NCBI RefSeq assembly: GCF_006345805.1
Contig: NC_042997.1
Location: 65,162,001 to 65,226,000, forward strand
DNA length: 64,000 bases
Source: Octopus sinensis
Taxonomy: Eukaryota
Direction of reading: 5' to 3'
The notes under the pieces: generated by a model
The model's input: only the letters and a program-made list of their open reading frames with translations
What the model was told of the DNA's origin: nothing
The model's database searches: none
Translations under genes and position numbers: made by a program
In this document: one piece after another, positions 12,706-26,285 of the stretch
Layout of the letters: the number at the start of each line of letters is the position of its first letter
Numbering within the stretch: the stretch's first letter is position 1

Positions 12706-15312
12706 TTCAGTAGTTTTATTTTTATAGCGTGCTTTCAATTCCCTACCGAGCGCAGCTCTGTGTGCCTTGGGTATGTGCTGTGATTTGTTGTGATGCTCTG
12801 ATGGTTATTGTATGGAAAGTGTTCTGCGTAGGACGTGTGCAGTGCCTAGTAGTGCAATTTTCTATATGTTATATGTGTTTGTAAGTCCTGGTGTTTTTGT
12901 TATGTATTTGTCTGAATATTTTTTTATCATGCCTAATGCACCTACTATGATAGGAATTGTTTCTGTTTTTAGATTCCACATTCTGGTTACCTCTATTTCC
13001 AGGTCTTTGTATTTTGAAAGTTTCTCCATTTCTTTTAGAGTCACGTTGTCATCTGCCGGTATTGATACATCAATTACAAAGCATTATTTTTTCTTCATGA
13101 TCTCTGACAACATCTGGTCTGTTGGCCTTAATTTCTCTATCTGTGCGTATCGGCATATCCCAGAGTTTGGTTGCTTTCTCGTTTTCTGTGACCTTTTCTG
13201 GTGTGTGCCTATACCATCTTTTTTCTGTTGTTATTCCATAATGTTGGCATAGCTTCCCGTGTATGTTGGTTCCAACTCTGTCTGTGAATATATTCCTTCT
13301 TAGCTAAGACTGGGCAGCTAGAGATAATATGATTTATTGTTTCTTGTCCATCTCCACATATTCTGCAGTTACTTGTTATATTTCTTTTCATTACATGTTT
13401 TTGGTAATTTCTGGTGGGGAGGCTTTGGTCTTGTGCTGCAATTAAAAATCCCTCTGTCTCTCCTTTGAGTCCTGAGCTTCTCAACCATTGCTGGGATTTT
13501 TCTTTGTCTATTTCTTTTGCGTTTAGTTTAGTCCAGTATTTACCATGAAGGGGCTTTTCTTGCCATCGTTTTATCATGGTTCTTTGCTGTTCTATATTTA
13601 GTTTGGTTTTCATTTGTTTTATAGCTCTTCTTCTTCTTCTTCTTCTTCTTCTTCTTCTTCTTCTTCTTCTTCTTCTTCTTCTTCTTCTTCTTCTTCTTCT
13701 TCTTCTTCTTCTTCTTCTTCTTCTTCTTCTCTTCTTCTTCTTCTTCTTCTTCTTTGTTTGGTGGTATGATTTCTTGTTTGTACTTGTCAGCTTCCTTAAA
13801 TACTGAGAACAGTTTTTTGTTTTGCTCGTGTTTTGCCGCCATTTGTATCAGTTTTCCTTCCTTCTGAAGTAGATATTTTTGCAGTCCTATGGTGGTTATT
13901 TTATAGTAGTTTTCCAGCTGTATAAGGCCTCTACCACCTTCTATACGTTGTATATATAGTGTTTCTATGTCAGATATTGGGTGATGCATCCTAGATCCTG
14001 TCATTATTTTTCTTGTTTTCCTATCTATTTTCGTCAGTTCATTTAGTGTCCAGTTAAGGATATTGTAGCTGTAACTTATAACTGGGACAGCTAAAGTGTT
14101 GATACATATTATCTTGTTTTTAGCATTGAGCTCTGTTTTTAGTATTGATCTAACTCGTCTATAATATTATTTTTTTTATTTTCTCTTTCATTTGTGTGTG
14201 TTGTGTCTTATCTAGTTCACGGATTCCTAAGTATTTGTGAGTTTGGCTTTGGTCTAATTCTTTTATTTCATTGGTTTTAACTACTGTGATGTTGCTACTC
14301 TTAACTAGTTTTCCTCTTTTCATGGTTACTTTGGCGCATTTTTCTAATCCAAATTTCATATCTATTTCTTTGGTAAATCCATGAACTGTCTTTAATAGTG
14401 TTTCCAGCTGTTTGTCATTTGCACCGTATAGTTTTAGGTCATCCATATATAAAAGGTGGCTGATCGTTTTGCCGTAACATTTATATCCGCATCCAGTTCT
14501 ATTTAGCATATCAGATAGAGGTGACAGTGCCAAGCAGAAAAGGAGTGGAGAGAGCGTGTCTCCCTGGAATATTCCTCTTCTAATGGGGATGGCTTTGGTT
14601 TTCATGAGTCCGTTTTTTGTTTGGAGCTGTAGCACTGTTTGCCATTTATTCATAGAGTGTCCTATGAATTTTATAATTGTTGGTGTTACTTTGTTAATGG
14701 CTAGTGTTTCGAGGATCCATGTGTGGAGGATGCTATCAAACACCTTTTTGTAGTCGATCCAGGCCATACTGAGGCCTTTCTTCTTTCTGTGGCTGTCTTC
14801 AGTTATGGCTTTATTAATCATTAGTTGATCTTTACAGCCATATGAGCCTTTGCGGCATTCTTTCTGCTCTTCTGGAAACAGGTTGTTTTCGTCCAGGTGC
14901 TTGTTCAACCTTTGCGATATCACTGCAGTAAATGCCTTGTACATTGTAGGGAGACATTGTTGGTCTGTAGTTTTCTGGTTTTGCTGTCTCATTTGATTTA
15001 AGAATTAAGATGGTTTTTCCCCTTCGTGAGCCATTCAGGCATTGTCTCTGGCTCTGCTAGTATGTTGTTAAAGTTTTCAGCCAGCTTTTTGTGCATTCCT
15101 ATTATATATTTCAACCAGAAGTTGCCTTACAGTCGCTTAAACTTTGCAGTGCCTGGGCGACCTCTTCAGTTGTTATGGGAGTCCAAAGTTGATCAGATGC
15201 TAAGTTTGTTGTTTTAATACTCCTTTTTTTGGTTGTTCGTTCGCCTACCATATTTCTCTCCAGAATTCTTCCACTTCTTCGGCCGTTGGTGCTGCAGTGA
15301 TTTCTAATTTAT

Positions 15313-15315
<3 letters not shown>
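12706..15315 (-). mobile_element. 5'-truncated R4/Dong-like non-LTR retrotransposon (RT, CCHC, restriction-like endonuclease), frameshifted
   Basis: RT motifs RGIFQGDTLSPLLF and HLLYMDDLKLY (14159-14992); CRICGDGQETINHIISSC; RLE region RPDVV...IDVSIPADDN...KLSKYKDL...IPIIVGALG; (TAA)n downstream on the minus strand. Confidence 0.92.
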
Positions 15316-15364
<49 letters not shown>

Positions 15365-15691
15365 CCATCACCACCACCAATTCAACAATAAAAAAACTAA
15401 ATTATACCATTCGTGCACACATGTTACACACACATGTACCTAGATCGAAAAACATAGACATTCACACACGCACACACACACATAATACATGCATTCATGC
15501 ATATATACATATATGTGCGCGTGTTTATACACACGTCCTTTTGAGAATGTTTGCGTCATAGTAATAGGAATAATTACTTTTATTTTAAAGTTTTCCCTGT
15601 ACGATTTGAACAATATTCCCTCTTATTATATTATTATTATTATTATTATTATTATATTATTATTATTATTATTATATTATTATTATTATTA

Positions 15692-15744
<53 letters not shown>

Positions 15745-16404
15745 GTATATATATACATCGACATTTATATAGATTATGAATGCATGCATGTGTGTATGTA
15801 TTTATATATATAAAGTGATTTACATAGTGCTATAGAGAACACAGATTCAGACTACTTACAAATAAGTCTACGTACAATAACCACCAAGAAAATTTTATTT
15901 ATGAGACCAAATATCCCATTACATTAATAAGTTCGTACAGACCTTTTAACTTCTATAATTGAAATCTTTCTTCAGTTTAAAGTGACACAACTAATTACTA
16001 ATAACATATTAAATAAGACTGCAGCCATTTTGCCCTGTGCATTTTACGTGTTTCTGATTAATTATATTTAAATTTCGTTAATATTTGTCCATAAATTGAA
16101 TAATTGCTATAATCATTATCATTATGTTTCCATTCCATTATGAATATTAACCTTTTTATTATCATTTCTATTGTTATTAGTATCACTGTCTTTATTATTC
16201 CGTGTTTCGGGAGAATTACTAAATTTAATATACTCACGACACAGAGGAATCGATTAGTTCTTTTTTAATAGTATGTGGATGTATGTCTATTTTTCGTGTA
16301 TTTCAAAAATACGTGCACACATGTTACACACACATGTAGCTAACACGCAAACATAGACACTCACGTACACACACACTTTACATGCATACATGCACACATA
16401 CATA

Positions 16405-16805
16405 TACTCTTTTACTCTTTTACTCTTTTACTTGTTTCAGTCATTTGACTGTGGCCATGCTGGAGCACCGCCTTTATCGACCCTGGGACTTATTCTTTGT
16501 AAGCCCAGTACTTATTCTATCGGTCTCTTTTTGCCGAACCGCTAGATGACGGGGACATAAGCACACCAGCATCGGTTGTCAAGCAATGCTAGGGGGACAA
16601 ACACAGACACACAAACACACACACACACATATATATATATACATATATACGACAGGCTTCTTTCAGTTTCCGTCTACCAAATCCACTCACAAGGCATCGG
16701 TCGGCCCGGGGCTATAGCAGAAGACACTTACCCAAGGTGCCACGCAGTGGGACTGAACCCGGGACCATGTGGTTGGTTAGCAAGCTACTTACCACACAGC
16801 CGCTC
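16405..16805 (-). mobile_element. tRNA-derived SINE (octopus OK/OR-like), well preserved
   Basis: Head GGCTGTGTGGTAAG...GGTTCAGTCCC, internal TA/TG run, body ending GAAACAAG plus (TAAAAGAG)n tail. Confidence 0.85.
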
Positions 16806-16845
<40 letters not shown>

Positions 16846-17639
16846 TTATACACACACACGTGTTCTTTTGAGAATGTATTTGTATCATAGTAATAGGAAT
16901 AATTACTTTCATTTTAAATTTAACAAGAATATTTCTTCAAGCAAAGTGCTAAATGAAACCGATAATGTAATAATAGTCTCTTTATAAATTTTCAATTTTA
17001 ATTTCAAAGTTTGAAGTGTGGGCAATTTAAATATATAGATTTACTGATAGACAAAGAGACCTGTCTCTCTAGATTCCTGATAAAAATTGGAGCAAAACCT
17101 TAAAGTCTTTTAAACCAATAATCTTCATTATTGTCCCCTCTCTCTCGTTTTGTAAGTTTCTTCTCTATCTATCTATCTATCTGACTCTCTATCTATCTGT
17201 TTATCTATTTGTCTATCTATTTATCTATTTATTTATCTATCTATCTACCTGCCTGTCTGTCTATATATATATCTATCTCTGTATCTTCTTATGAAACCCT
17301 GATGTTTCAGCTCGAAATTGAAATCCTATGCAACATTGCGTTTCACCATTCCGGTGTGAATAGAGAAAGCACGTGTCTTGTACTGGGATTGACGTTTCTC
17401 CTCAGTGTAGTTTAGAATTTCATATGCTGTGCAATGATTAACGTCAGAACGCCCATGTTACGAATAAATATTAAATGTGAGTCTGATAAGCAATAAATAA
17501 GACTGGAAAGTGAAATTATAAGCGCAATCATTTTCAGTTACCCGAAGTAATAGTGTCAAAGGGCTAACCAGTTGATCCGAATTCAGTCAGTTGGATTATA
17601 TATCACTCATAGCTTCTATCATTTTATAATTTTTACACA

Positions 17640-17667
17640 AATGCACGCGCATATATACATTTATGTA

Positions 17668-17721
<54 letters not shown>

Positions 17722-17747
17722 TATATATACACATTTGTATGTATATA

Positions 17748-17809
<62 letters not shown>

Positions 17810-17824
17810 TTGTATGTATATATC

Positions 17825-17874
<50 letters not shown>

Positions 17875-17935
17875 TATATATATATACATCTATATATGTA
17901 TATATATATATACATATATACATCGATATATACAT
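17640..17935. repeat. Interrupted (TA)n microsatellite with a repeated CACATTTGTATG unit
   Basis: Read directly from the sequence. Confidence 0.9.
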
Positions 17936-19312
17936 ACGCATAAACATAGAAAATATATAATTGCGATATTTGTGTCTGTACCTGTGATTAAAGTCACATA
18001 CTTATTCATATATGTATTATACATATTCCTATACCAGAATATATTCATATAGCAAAATTGCTTTCTCTATCACTAATTGTCTGTCTGTAAACCACAAGGC
18101 GCATTTTCTATCATTTATCGCAACAAAATCGTTATTAATATAATCTAATCGCAATTGTACGCAGCTTAAATGGAGAATATTTTAAAGAAATGACAACGTT
18201 AATTTAATTATAAATCGTTGTTTAGTTTTCAGTTTAGTCAGGGTTTCATTGTATTACATATATCAAACTGTGAACATCTTACTTTTAGAGAAACTTGTTG
18301 TAACTTAGCTGTCTGAACTAACTATCCCGCAGAGGAGAGTATCTATAGTTTCAACGTTAACTTCTGTGGCATTAAATCTTATTTACTAGTTAATTGTAAA
18401 ATATACAATCACGTAAACGAAGTATAATGATTACTTATATTCCTTTTAGTAGCTCACAGCTGATATATTCAATCTAAGAAAATTGCTGACTGAGTGAAAA
18501 TTAAATGTGTTTAGTAAATATTCTAACATTTTTGCAACAATAAAAATAGATATGACAAACTATGGCAAATATAATATTTTATAATAGCATTTCTAGATTT
18601 GTGTTGAACATTGTTTTATGAATGACTTGAAATCAAATTGTAGGCATTTTTTTAATCCGTACTGATGATAAATTATTCCGTACATTTGTATTTTTATAGA
18701 AATGCAGATGGTTAATACAACGTGAAATAGTTTTCAAGTCACTATTATATTTCTGAGTTGACTCAGAATTATAAAACAGAACAAGATGTAATCTTTGCTG
18801 ATGAAGTTCGTTAATACCGAAACAAAGCCAGGTTTGGTACTATATTATCAAAAGTCAGACATAGTTCTGCAGGGGCCCATTTAAATACTTATCAATTTCT
18901 ATTTTGAAATTGCCCCGTATATCATTAATAACACTAATTATAATTGCTATTCATCTTTGATTTAATTATAGGTGTAATTTTTATTCATATGACACAGATT
19001 TCGTGTGGTTTACATACAACGCTAAGTATATAAACCCAGTTCTACTAAAACCAGAACAAGTTCGGCGTCATCGGGTTACCTACGAAATGCATACAACAAA
19101 TTGTTTTCGAAGCAATTTAGTTTTAGATGTGCTTGTCAAACATATTTCTTGGAATAAATTTGTATTGAAAGTAATGATTCTTTTTTAAATTTTCACTATA
19201 GATATAATTAATACTGATGAAATGTTGTTCGCCTCGCTATAGTCAGAATATTAATCTGTACATAGCTATATGTTCTTCGTGCAGTATGCAACTTTTCTTA
19301 AGTTAATGTTTA

Positions 19313-19752
19313 TTAAAAACTGATGTGCCGCAATATCAGTTTTAAATGTCTCCTTCGAGTACATTCAGTACTCTGCACATTTTCTGCATTTAGATGGGCA
19401 TAAAACTCTACCTCAAAATGGCGCTTTCTTCTCGCCTTGAAGATGCTGATATCCCTTGCCTTTAAGTAGTGCGAACGTAGAAAGATGGTAAACATTTCCA
19501 AGTCAATGCTGGCACCATATATAACTAAAACCATAAATCGATGGTAATAAATGGAAGACGCGTTATATTTTCGGTCATGAGCCTGAATTATTTTATATCC
19601 CAGTCTATTATAACACGATTGGATGATTCTCAGAGGCCACGTACAGACATTAACTCTTGAAATGGAATTTTCCCTGGGACAGATTTGCAGCAGCCATGGG
19701 TCGTGGATCTCATTTACGTCTCCTCCTTCAACGAAATTATACTGGACAAAGC
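19313..19752 (-). CDS. Candidate terminal coding exon, unknown product (~146 aa)
   Basis: Longest high-complexity ORF not assignable to a TE; preceded by acceptor-like TTGTCTTTATCAG|G; no domain recognised; could be a chance ORF. Confidence 0.25.
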
Positions 19753-20220
19753 CTGATAAAGACAATTAATATCAATTCACAAGGCAGTTCTCTTGCCCTA
19801 CACTAATATCTGGAGATGTTCATCTGTGTATTTCCCATCTTTCGCATTCGAATTGACACAACTTACTTCTCTCTTGGAAGTGTCATTTCTGTCACCGAAA
19901 TGACACAACCTACTTCTCTCTTGAATAAATCTCATACCTTCTGTCTCTAACACATCTCTATTGTCCTGGTTAATCTGTATACTCTGATGAGTGATGGTAA
20001 TCCATAACCTGGCACGGGCAGTTCATGTTCCCGATCGCTCAAGATATTGCAACAAATGTGTTGTGCATATGAACGTCACGAAGAACATATAATTTATTTC
20101 ACTTTTTATTTATTTCTCTCAAGCATCGTGTCACAGAAAATCATTGTTTTTATTTATTCCTGTGCGCACACATCCGGAATCCAGCATAATAGAAATGGTT
20201 ACATATAATAAGTATTAAAG

Positions 20221-20538
20221 ACTCCGCCGGTTACGACGACGAGGGTCCCAGCTGATACGATCAACGGAACAGCTTGGTCGTGAAATTAACGTGCAAATGG
20301 CTGAGCATTCCACAGACACGTGTACCCTTAACGTAGTTCTCGGGGATAATCAGCGTGACACAGAGAGTGACAAGGCTGACCCTTTGAAATACAAGTACAA
20401 CTCATTTTTGCCAGCTGAGTGGACTGGAGCAACGTGAAATAAAGTGTCTTGCTCAAGGACACAACGCGTCGCCGGGAATCGAACTCACAACCTTACGATC
20501 ATGAGCCGAATGCCCTAACCACTAAGCCACGCGCCCTC
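20221..20538 (-). mobile_element. tRNA-derived SINE, well preserved
   Basis: Head GGCGCGTGGCTTAGTGGTTAGGGCATTCGGCTCATGATCGTAAGGTTGTGAGTTCGATTCCCGG (A and B boxes); TGTGTCCTTGAGCAAGACACTT core. Confidence 0.88.
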
Positions 20539-21110
20539 ACCATAATAAGCATACAGTGTATGAATATATGGTGCGACATTGTGTATATGTGTGTGTATGA
20601 ATGTGTGTGTATGAAACAAATTATTGAAAGGCATATAAATGGCACCAGTATATATACATACTAAATACGTGTTTTGTATCGCATATGAATGTAAAAGTGC
20701 TGTGAACATAAACGTAAGACAGCACATATAAACGTAACACAGTTGGTTAAGGAAAACATTCCAGAAAATCCCGGATTGCGAGCAGTTGAATATCGAACAC
20801 CCGTCCTTGTCCAGTGCCTACAGCGGAATATTTCGAAGGGGGTTTAAAAACATTGTTTCTACAGGTTTTCGGTTATTCAAATAAACCTAAACACATTTTT
20901 ATTAATATTCATTCATATTCAGCAATACCAGCAAAATCAAATGCGAGAATGAGGAGGGGTGTGTCTACTTATCTCTCTGTAGCACACACACCTACACACA
21001 GAGACAAATACACGCAAAATACATTTCCATATATATTCCTATGTATCACATATTTTGTTATGTTATATTCTGTTAAGAACGTAATATGTATATATGTATG
21101 TATGTATGTA

Positions 21111-21141
<31 letters not shown>

Positions 21142-21189
21142 TGTATGTATGTATGTATGTATGTATTTATGTATGTATGTATGTTGGTT

Positions 21190-21690
21190 TTTAATAATCT
21201 ATAAATTCCATTGCATGGTATTTATAGATATTTTAAAGCATTGCTTTGTGCGTTTCCACAAATTCCATGTTTATTATGATCACAATCCGTATGCTTAGGA
21301 TGATTACAGTACAGCCCATTGTATCCATAGACTTCAGGTGGATCCTATTTATGCGTTTATTTCTTTAGACGATATGGTATGAACGTTGGAAGCAGCCGAT
21401 GTATAACTGAGAGTTGTTTATCAATTTTGACCAATGAAAAGGTTTATTGTGGTATGTAGCACCTCTGTGTGCATTTGATAGGGAGGAGTAGATGCTGATG
21501 GAATGAAAGAAAGAAAAGGTAATGAGTAACGTGACCGACTGTGTGGTGGTATTAGACTTATTTTGATATATCATTATGCAGATGTCAGGATGGGCAGTGT
21601 AGTTTATTGGTTTGATCTTAATCACTGCGGGCGCTCCTTCAATATAATCATATGTAGTAGGGTTACAAGTACAGCTGAGCTGTTGTTGGA
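21190..21690 (-). mobile_element. Possible highly decayed Penelope-like GIY-YIG remnant
   Basis: Motifs in PLE order on the minus strand: LSCTCNP...QLYIGCFQR...IQWAVL*SS*AY. Confidence 0.35.
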
Positions 21691-21803
21691 GTTCATTGTT
21701 TGATGTAACAAATAATATGCATATTCAAAAACGTTTCCGTAAACAAACTTAAGGACACACATACACACACACACGCACACATACGCACAAACACACACAC
21801 ACA

Positions 21804-22025
21804 TTATCTTTTATCTATTACTTGTTTCAGTTACTTAACTGCGGCTATGCTGAGGTACCTCCTTGAAAAATTTTAGTCAAACGAATCAATCTTAAGACAT
21901 TGTTTCTTCAAGCCTAGTATTTATTCTATCGGTATATTTTGCTGAATCGCTAAGTAATGGAGACATAAACATACCACCGGTTGTCAAGCGGTGGTGGGGA
22001 ACAAAGGTACAGACACACACACACA
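21804..22025 (-). mobile_element. 3' half of OK/OR-like SINE
   Basis: Matches the 3' half of the 16405-16805 SINE (TTACTTGTTTCAG...CCGGTTGTCAAGCGG). Confidence 0.75.
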
Positions 22026-22081
22026 TTGGTAGAAAGGTATCAACGAGTAGTAGGTAGGTAGATAGATATATAGGTAGGTGC

Positions 22082-22405
<324 letters not shown>

Positions 22406-22406
22406 A

Positions 22407-22828
22407 GTTTCTTTATTGGCCACACAGGGCTGCACACAGATGGGACAAGTTACAAGGTAGAGCTTTTCTTTTGGGGGATGAAAAAAAAAGGGGGTGACGT
22501 AGGTTTTCAATCAAGAGGGATCGTAAAAGGGAAGAAAAGAACAAAAAAAATAAATAAATAAAATTAAAAATTAAAAAAGAAAAAAAAAGAAAAGGAAAAG
22601 GAACAGAAGAAAAGAGAAATGAAAAAAGAAGAAAAAAGGGGAAAAAATGGAGAAGAGGAAAAAAACGATCAATAGGCATCGTGTATCACAGTGTTATGAT
22701 ATATGGTGTAAAGGGGAAAGCAAGTAAGGTTTATCCGTGGGAAGAAAAGCCTACGAAAAAGACCACGGTAACCTTGGTCAATATTGTTATATGTTACCAC
22801 ATTTGTTTGCAAGTGGGTAACCCTCTGT
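22407..22828 (-). mobile_element. Tx1-like LINE 3' UTR fragment in (GATA)n
   Basis: Homologous to ~7499-7895, including AAAAGACCACGGTAACC; (GATA)n on both sides. Confidence 0.88.
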
Positions 22829-23092
<264 letters not shown>

Positions 23093-25287
23093 CAGTCACA
23101 GAGAGGTACACTTTTAAAAACCTGAGGGTTACTTCAGAGAAAACTGAATACGATAACACTACCTAGCGTTGTGTCGAAATCTCAATATATAGCTGATATA
23201 TGAAAAGGATCAAATATTTACGTACGTTCGAAAGAGATAATGTTAACACAATAAATGATCCTGTGCTTGCTTTACCGATATATAACGCATTAATATAAAA
23301 GAGACACAAAACTAGTTTTCGTTCATGAAGAAGCATTTGACTATTATGTTGTTTTTATTGCATACTTAATAGCATATATATACTATAAAATATGTAATAA
23401 AAATAATACTGCTCTTCGCTATAGCTACATGTAGAATTCAACTGAAGCCATCAAACGCCATGATGATGTGGTTGGAACGTTACAATTGTCACGTGCTCAA
23501 GAATGTAAACACAAAACCAATGCATGCAGCCACATCAAAGTATGTATTACGGTCAGAGAATCGCTTCTGCTGTTAACTTCAATAACGATTACAGCGATTA
23601 AACTAATCCGATTACCAGGAACTTAGAATAAGGAAGCAAAGGGTGGGGGTTGTGATTAAATGACACATAAAAATAAAAACATGCGGCTTATATACGTATG
23701 ACTACTAGGTATGTCTGTCCCATATAAGACTGTGAGCATTCCAAAATGTTTGTTTAGTTATTTCTATTATACTAGCAATTCTGTGTAATGCTTATGGCTG
23801 ATATTAAAAAAACCACTCCAAAGGCTAATACGAAATATGAAAATACTAAATTTCCAATATACCTGTCGATAATTATTCATGCTTCAATGAAAGTTGCTTC
23901 CCGAGCACACTACTCTCTACAGGCCAATGAGGGCGCTTCTATTTAATCCCTAGACCTACTTGAAGTAGTAGTCATATTTTTCTTAATCTACTCAATTCTC
24001 TCCTAACAAAAGTTTCTCTGTCCGGTATATATATATATATATATATAATAAGAAATTAATAATAAAACATATGCATACATACATATATGCACATACCTAC
24101 ATCTATATTTTTATATACATGCATATAAGGATACAGGACACCAAAAAACGAGAAACGAAAACATAAAGACAAAAACATTGAAACGGACTTTTTTAACGAA
24201 AAAAAACAGAAGGAACATAAAACACAACGAACATTCCCCTTCTTCAGCTGCCCCTGCTTCGACTACTCCGTGTTTCGAAGGTATATATATATATATACAT
24301 CTATAATTAAAGTTGATGGGCCTATTCCTTGTTATATTGTTAACGTCATGTTTTATGTGCTAGCACATACATATAAGTATGTGTATATATATATATATCC
24401 AAATTTATGACCAGTTCAAACGAAACCAAAGAGAGGATTCACAAAAACAAAGGCAAGCTGACCAAGACAAAACTATTACCACACGGAAGAGAGAAAATAA
24501 GAGACTTTTTTAATAGAAAAGAGAAATACAACTATAAAGACTGTAACTTGTGGAAATCTGGACAAAGATAGAAATAGCTGAATTAGAAATAGTCGCTGTA
24601 ATTGGAGATACAAAATTAGAGAATCCTTTTATAGTCTGACTTTAAGCCATGATTGTAATATCTGCGTAAAATGTTACCGTTTTTTATTCACACAAATACA
24701 TCTAAACGATAAGGTATTAACTTAATGCAGTCATATCAGATATTGAGAAGCACACGGTGCAGTTTATTATTAGACAAATGACAGGCAGCTTTAATTTGGA
24801 GGGTTGCTATAATGGCTGAGGATATCTCCTTAATATCGTTTGTGGACAGAGAAGGAAGATGTGCTTTCGGACGGCAAAATAATCAATCAGTAGACCAGTT
24901 GATATGTCGGCCTCAGCAAGACAATAAGTCCAGTCAATTATGAAATTAACCTTTATACTTTAGCTTTCTACTTAATGGATAAGTTACAATCTAGATTGCC
25001 ACTTTAATTGATTGGTTTTTCACAAAAAAATTAACACCGGCATTTGTTTCATACGTCCTTTGCACAGCAATGCATAGGTGATTTACCAGTTTGACTGACT
25101 GTTATTTACTGACTTATTATTATGTACAAGAACGAAAAAAAAACATTCATTTAGTAAAGAGATGACTGGAAATTGTGACAAAAAGTATTGTCGGTTGAAT
25201 TAGTTTATATACACGTGTGTTAAAAATAAGAACGTGTAATATATTATATTGCGTAGATATATATAGATATATTTATATAAGTGTATG

Positions 25288-25387
<100 letters not shown>

Positions 25388-25405
25388 TGTGTGTGTGTAC
25401 ATATA

Positions 25406-26285
25406 AATTTGACATAGGCGATTCTTTCTTGTATATTTTCTTGTCTTGGGTTTCACGGTCAAATGGGTTGGTGGAATTTCACGAAAAATTACACAGATGT
25501 GTAGAATGATCCGGCGTTGTTGCTGGGTTATATATATATATATTTCATAGCTCCCATGGTTACCGAGATAATCTACGATAATAATACTCTTGTGTTTATG
25601 AATGAAAAAAGAAGGGGTGATAGATGAATAAGGAAAGAAGGGGTGATGTCATACTTGGTAGTGGGATGATAGAAAGTGTACGCTGAAAATATAAATCAAA
25701 CAGCGTTTGAACTCTGTGTATTTGGTATTTACTTACCAGCTCCTATATGTAGTCATGTCCAGCTTTATATGACCTTAAGTCGGACTAGAAAGAACGAAAA
25801 CTTAAAAATTCTTTTGGAGGAAACAAGCAGTCAAATGATGTTAGTTGCCGAGAGATTTTTTACAAGTTTGGTAGTAAAAGAATTATTGAACTAAAAACAT
25901 GGTTTTGTACCTATAGAAATTTGACTTGGGCGATTATTTCTTGTATTCTTTCGTGTCGTGAGATTCACGGTCAAACGTCTGAGTGGAATCGCGTGAAAAA
26001 TTACACAGATGTGTAGAATGAACCGGTGGCTTTGCTGGGCTTTCAATTTTTCAAAAATTCTTATGAAAACTTGAAAAATAAATAATTGTTTCTTTTTCAC
26101 TATTTTTTGGCGCTATGTTTAAGGCGCACGCGTTGACGTCACTAATGGATACGTACTGTGATGACGCAAGCGAGTTTGACGTACATGGTTGTAAAAATCT
26201 GCTGAATTTAATTCAATAAATTACACAGATACATGTACGAACGCCCAGTTAATTCCGTATTCATTTCAGTGACTTTTTGCTGGGT
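25406..26285 (+). repeat. Diverged ~120-bp direct duplication (25406-25527, 25917-26039) plus a partial third copy (~26218-26285)
   Basis: Shared TTCACGGTCAAA..GTGGAAT..GAAAAATTACACAGATGTGTAGAATGA.CCGG..TTGCTGGG. Confidence 0.8.
26120..26190. promoter_or_regulatory. Cluster of CRE/bZIP-like sites in a CpG-rich patch
   Basis: TGACGTCA 26134-26141, TGACGCAA 26162-26169, TGACGTAC 26177-26184. Confidence 0.35.

Noticed and set aside
18798-18840. CTGATGA...GAAAC hammerhead-like spacing
   Set aside because: Stem I does not form, and stems II and III pair poorly.
20460-20538. tRNA-like sequences (also ~2741, ~16740, ~47740)
   Set aside because: They continue into SINE bodies, so they are SINE heads rather than tRNA genes.
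24235-24285. Permuted hammerhead (GAAA before CTGAAGA) on the minus strand
   Set aside because: No consistent stems I and III, and no cleavage triplet could be placed.
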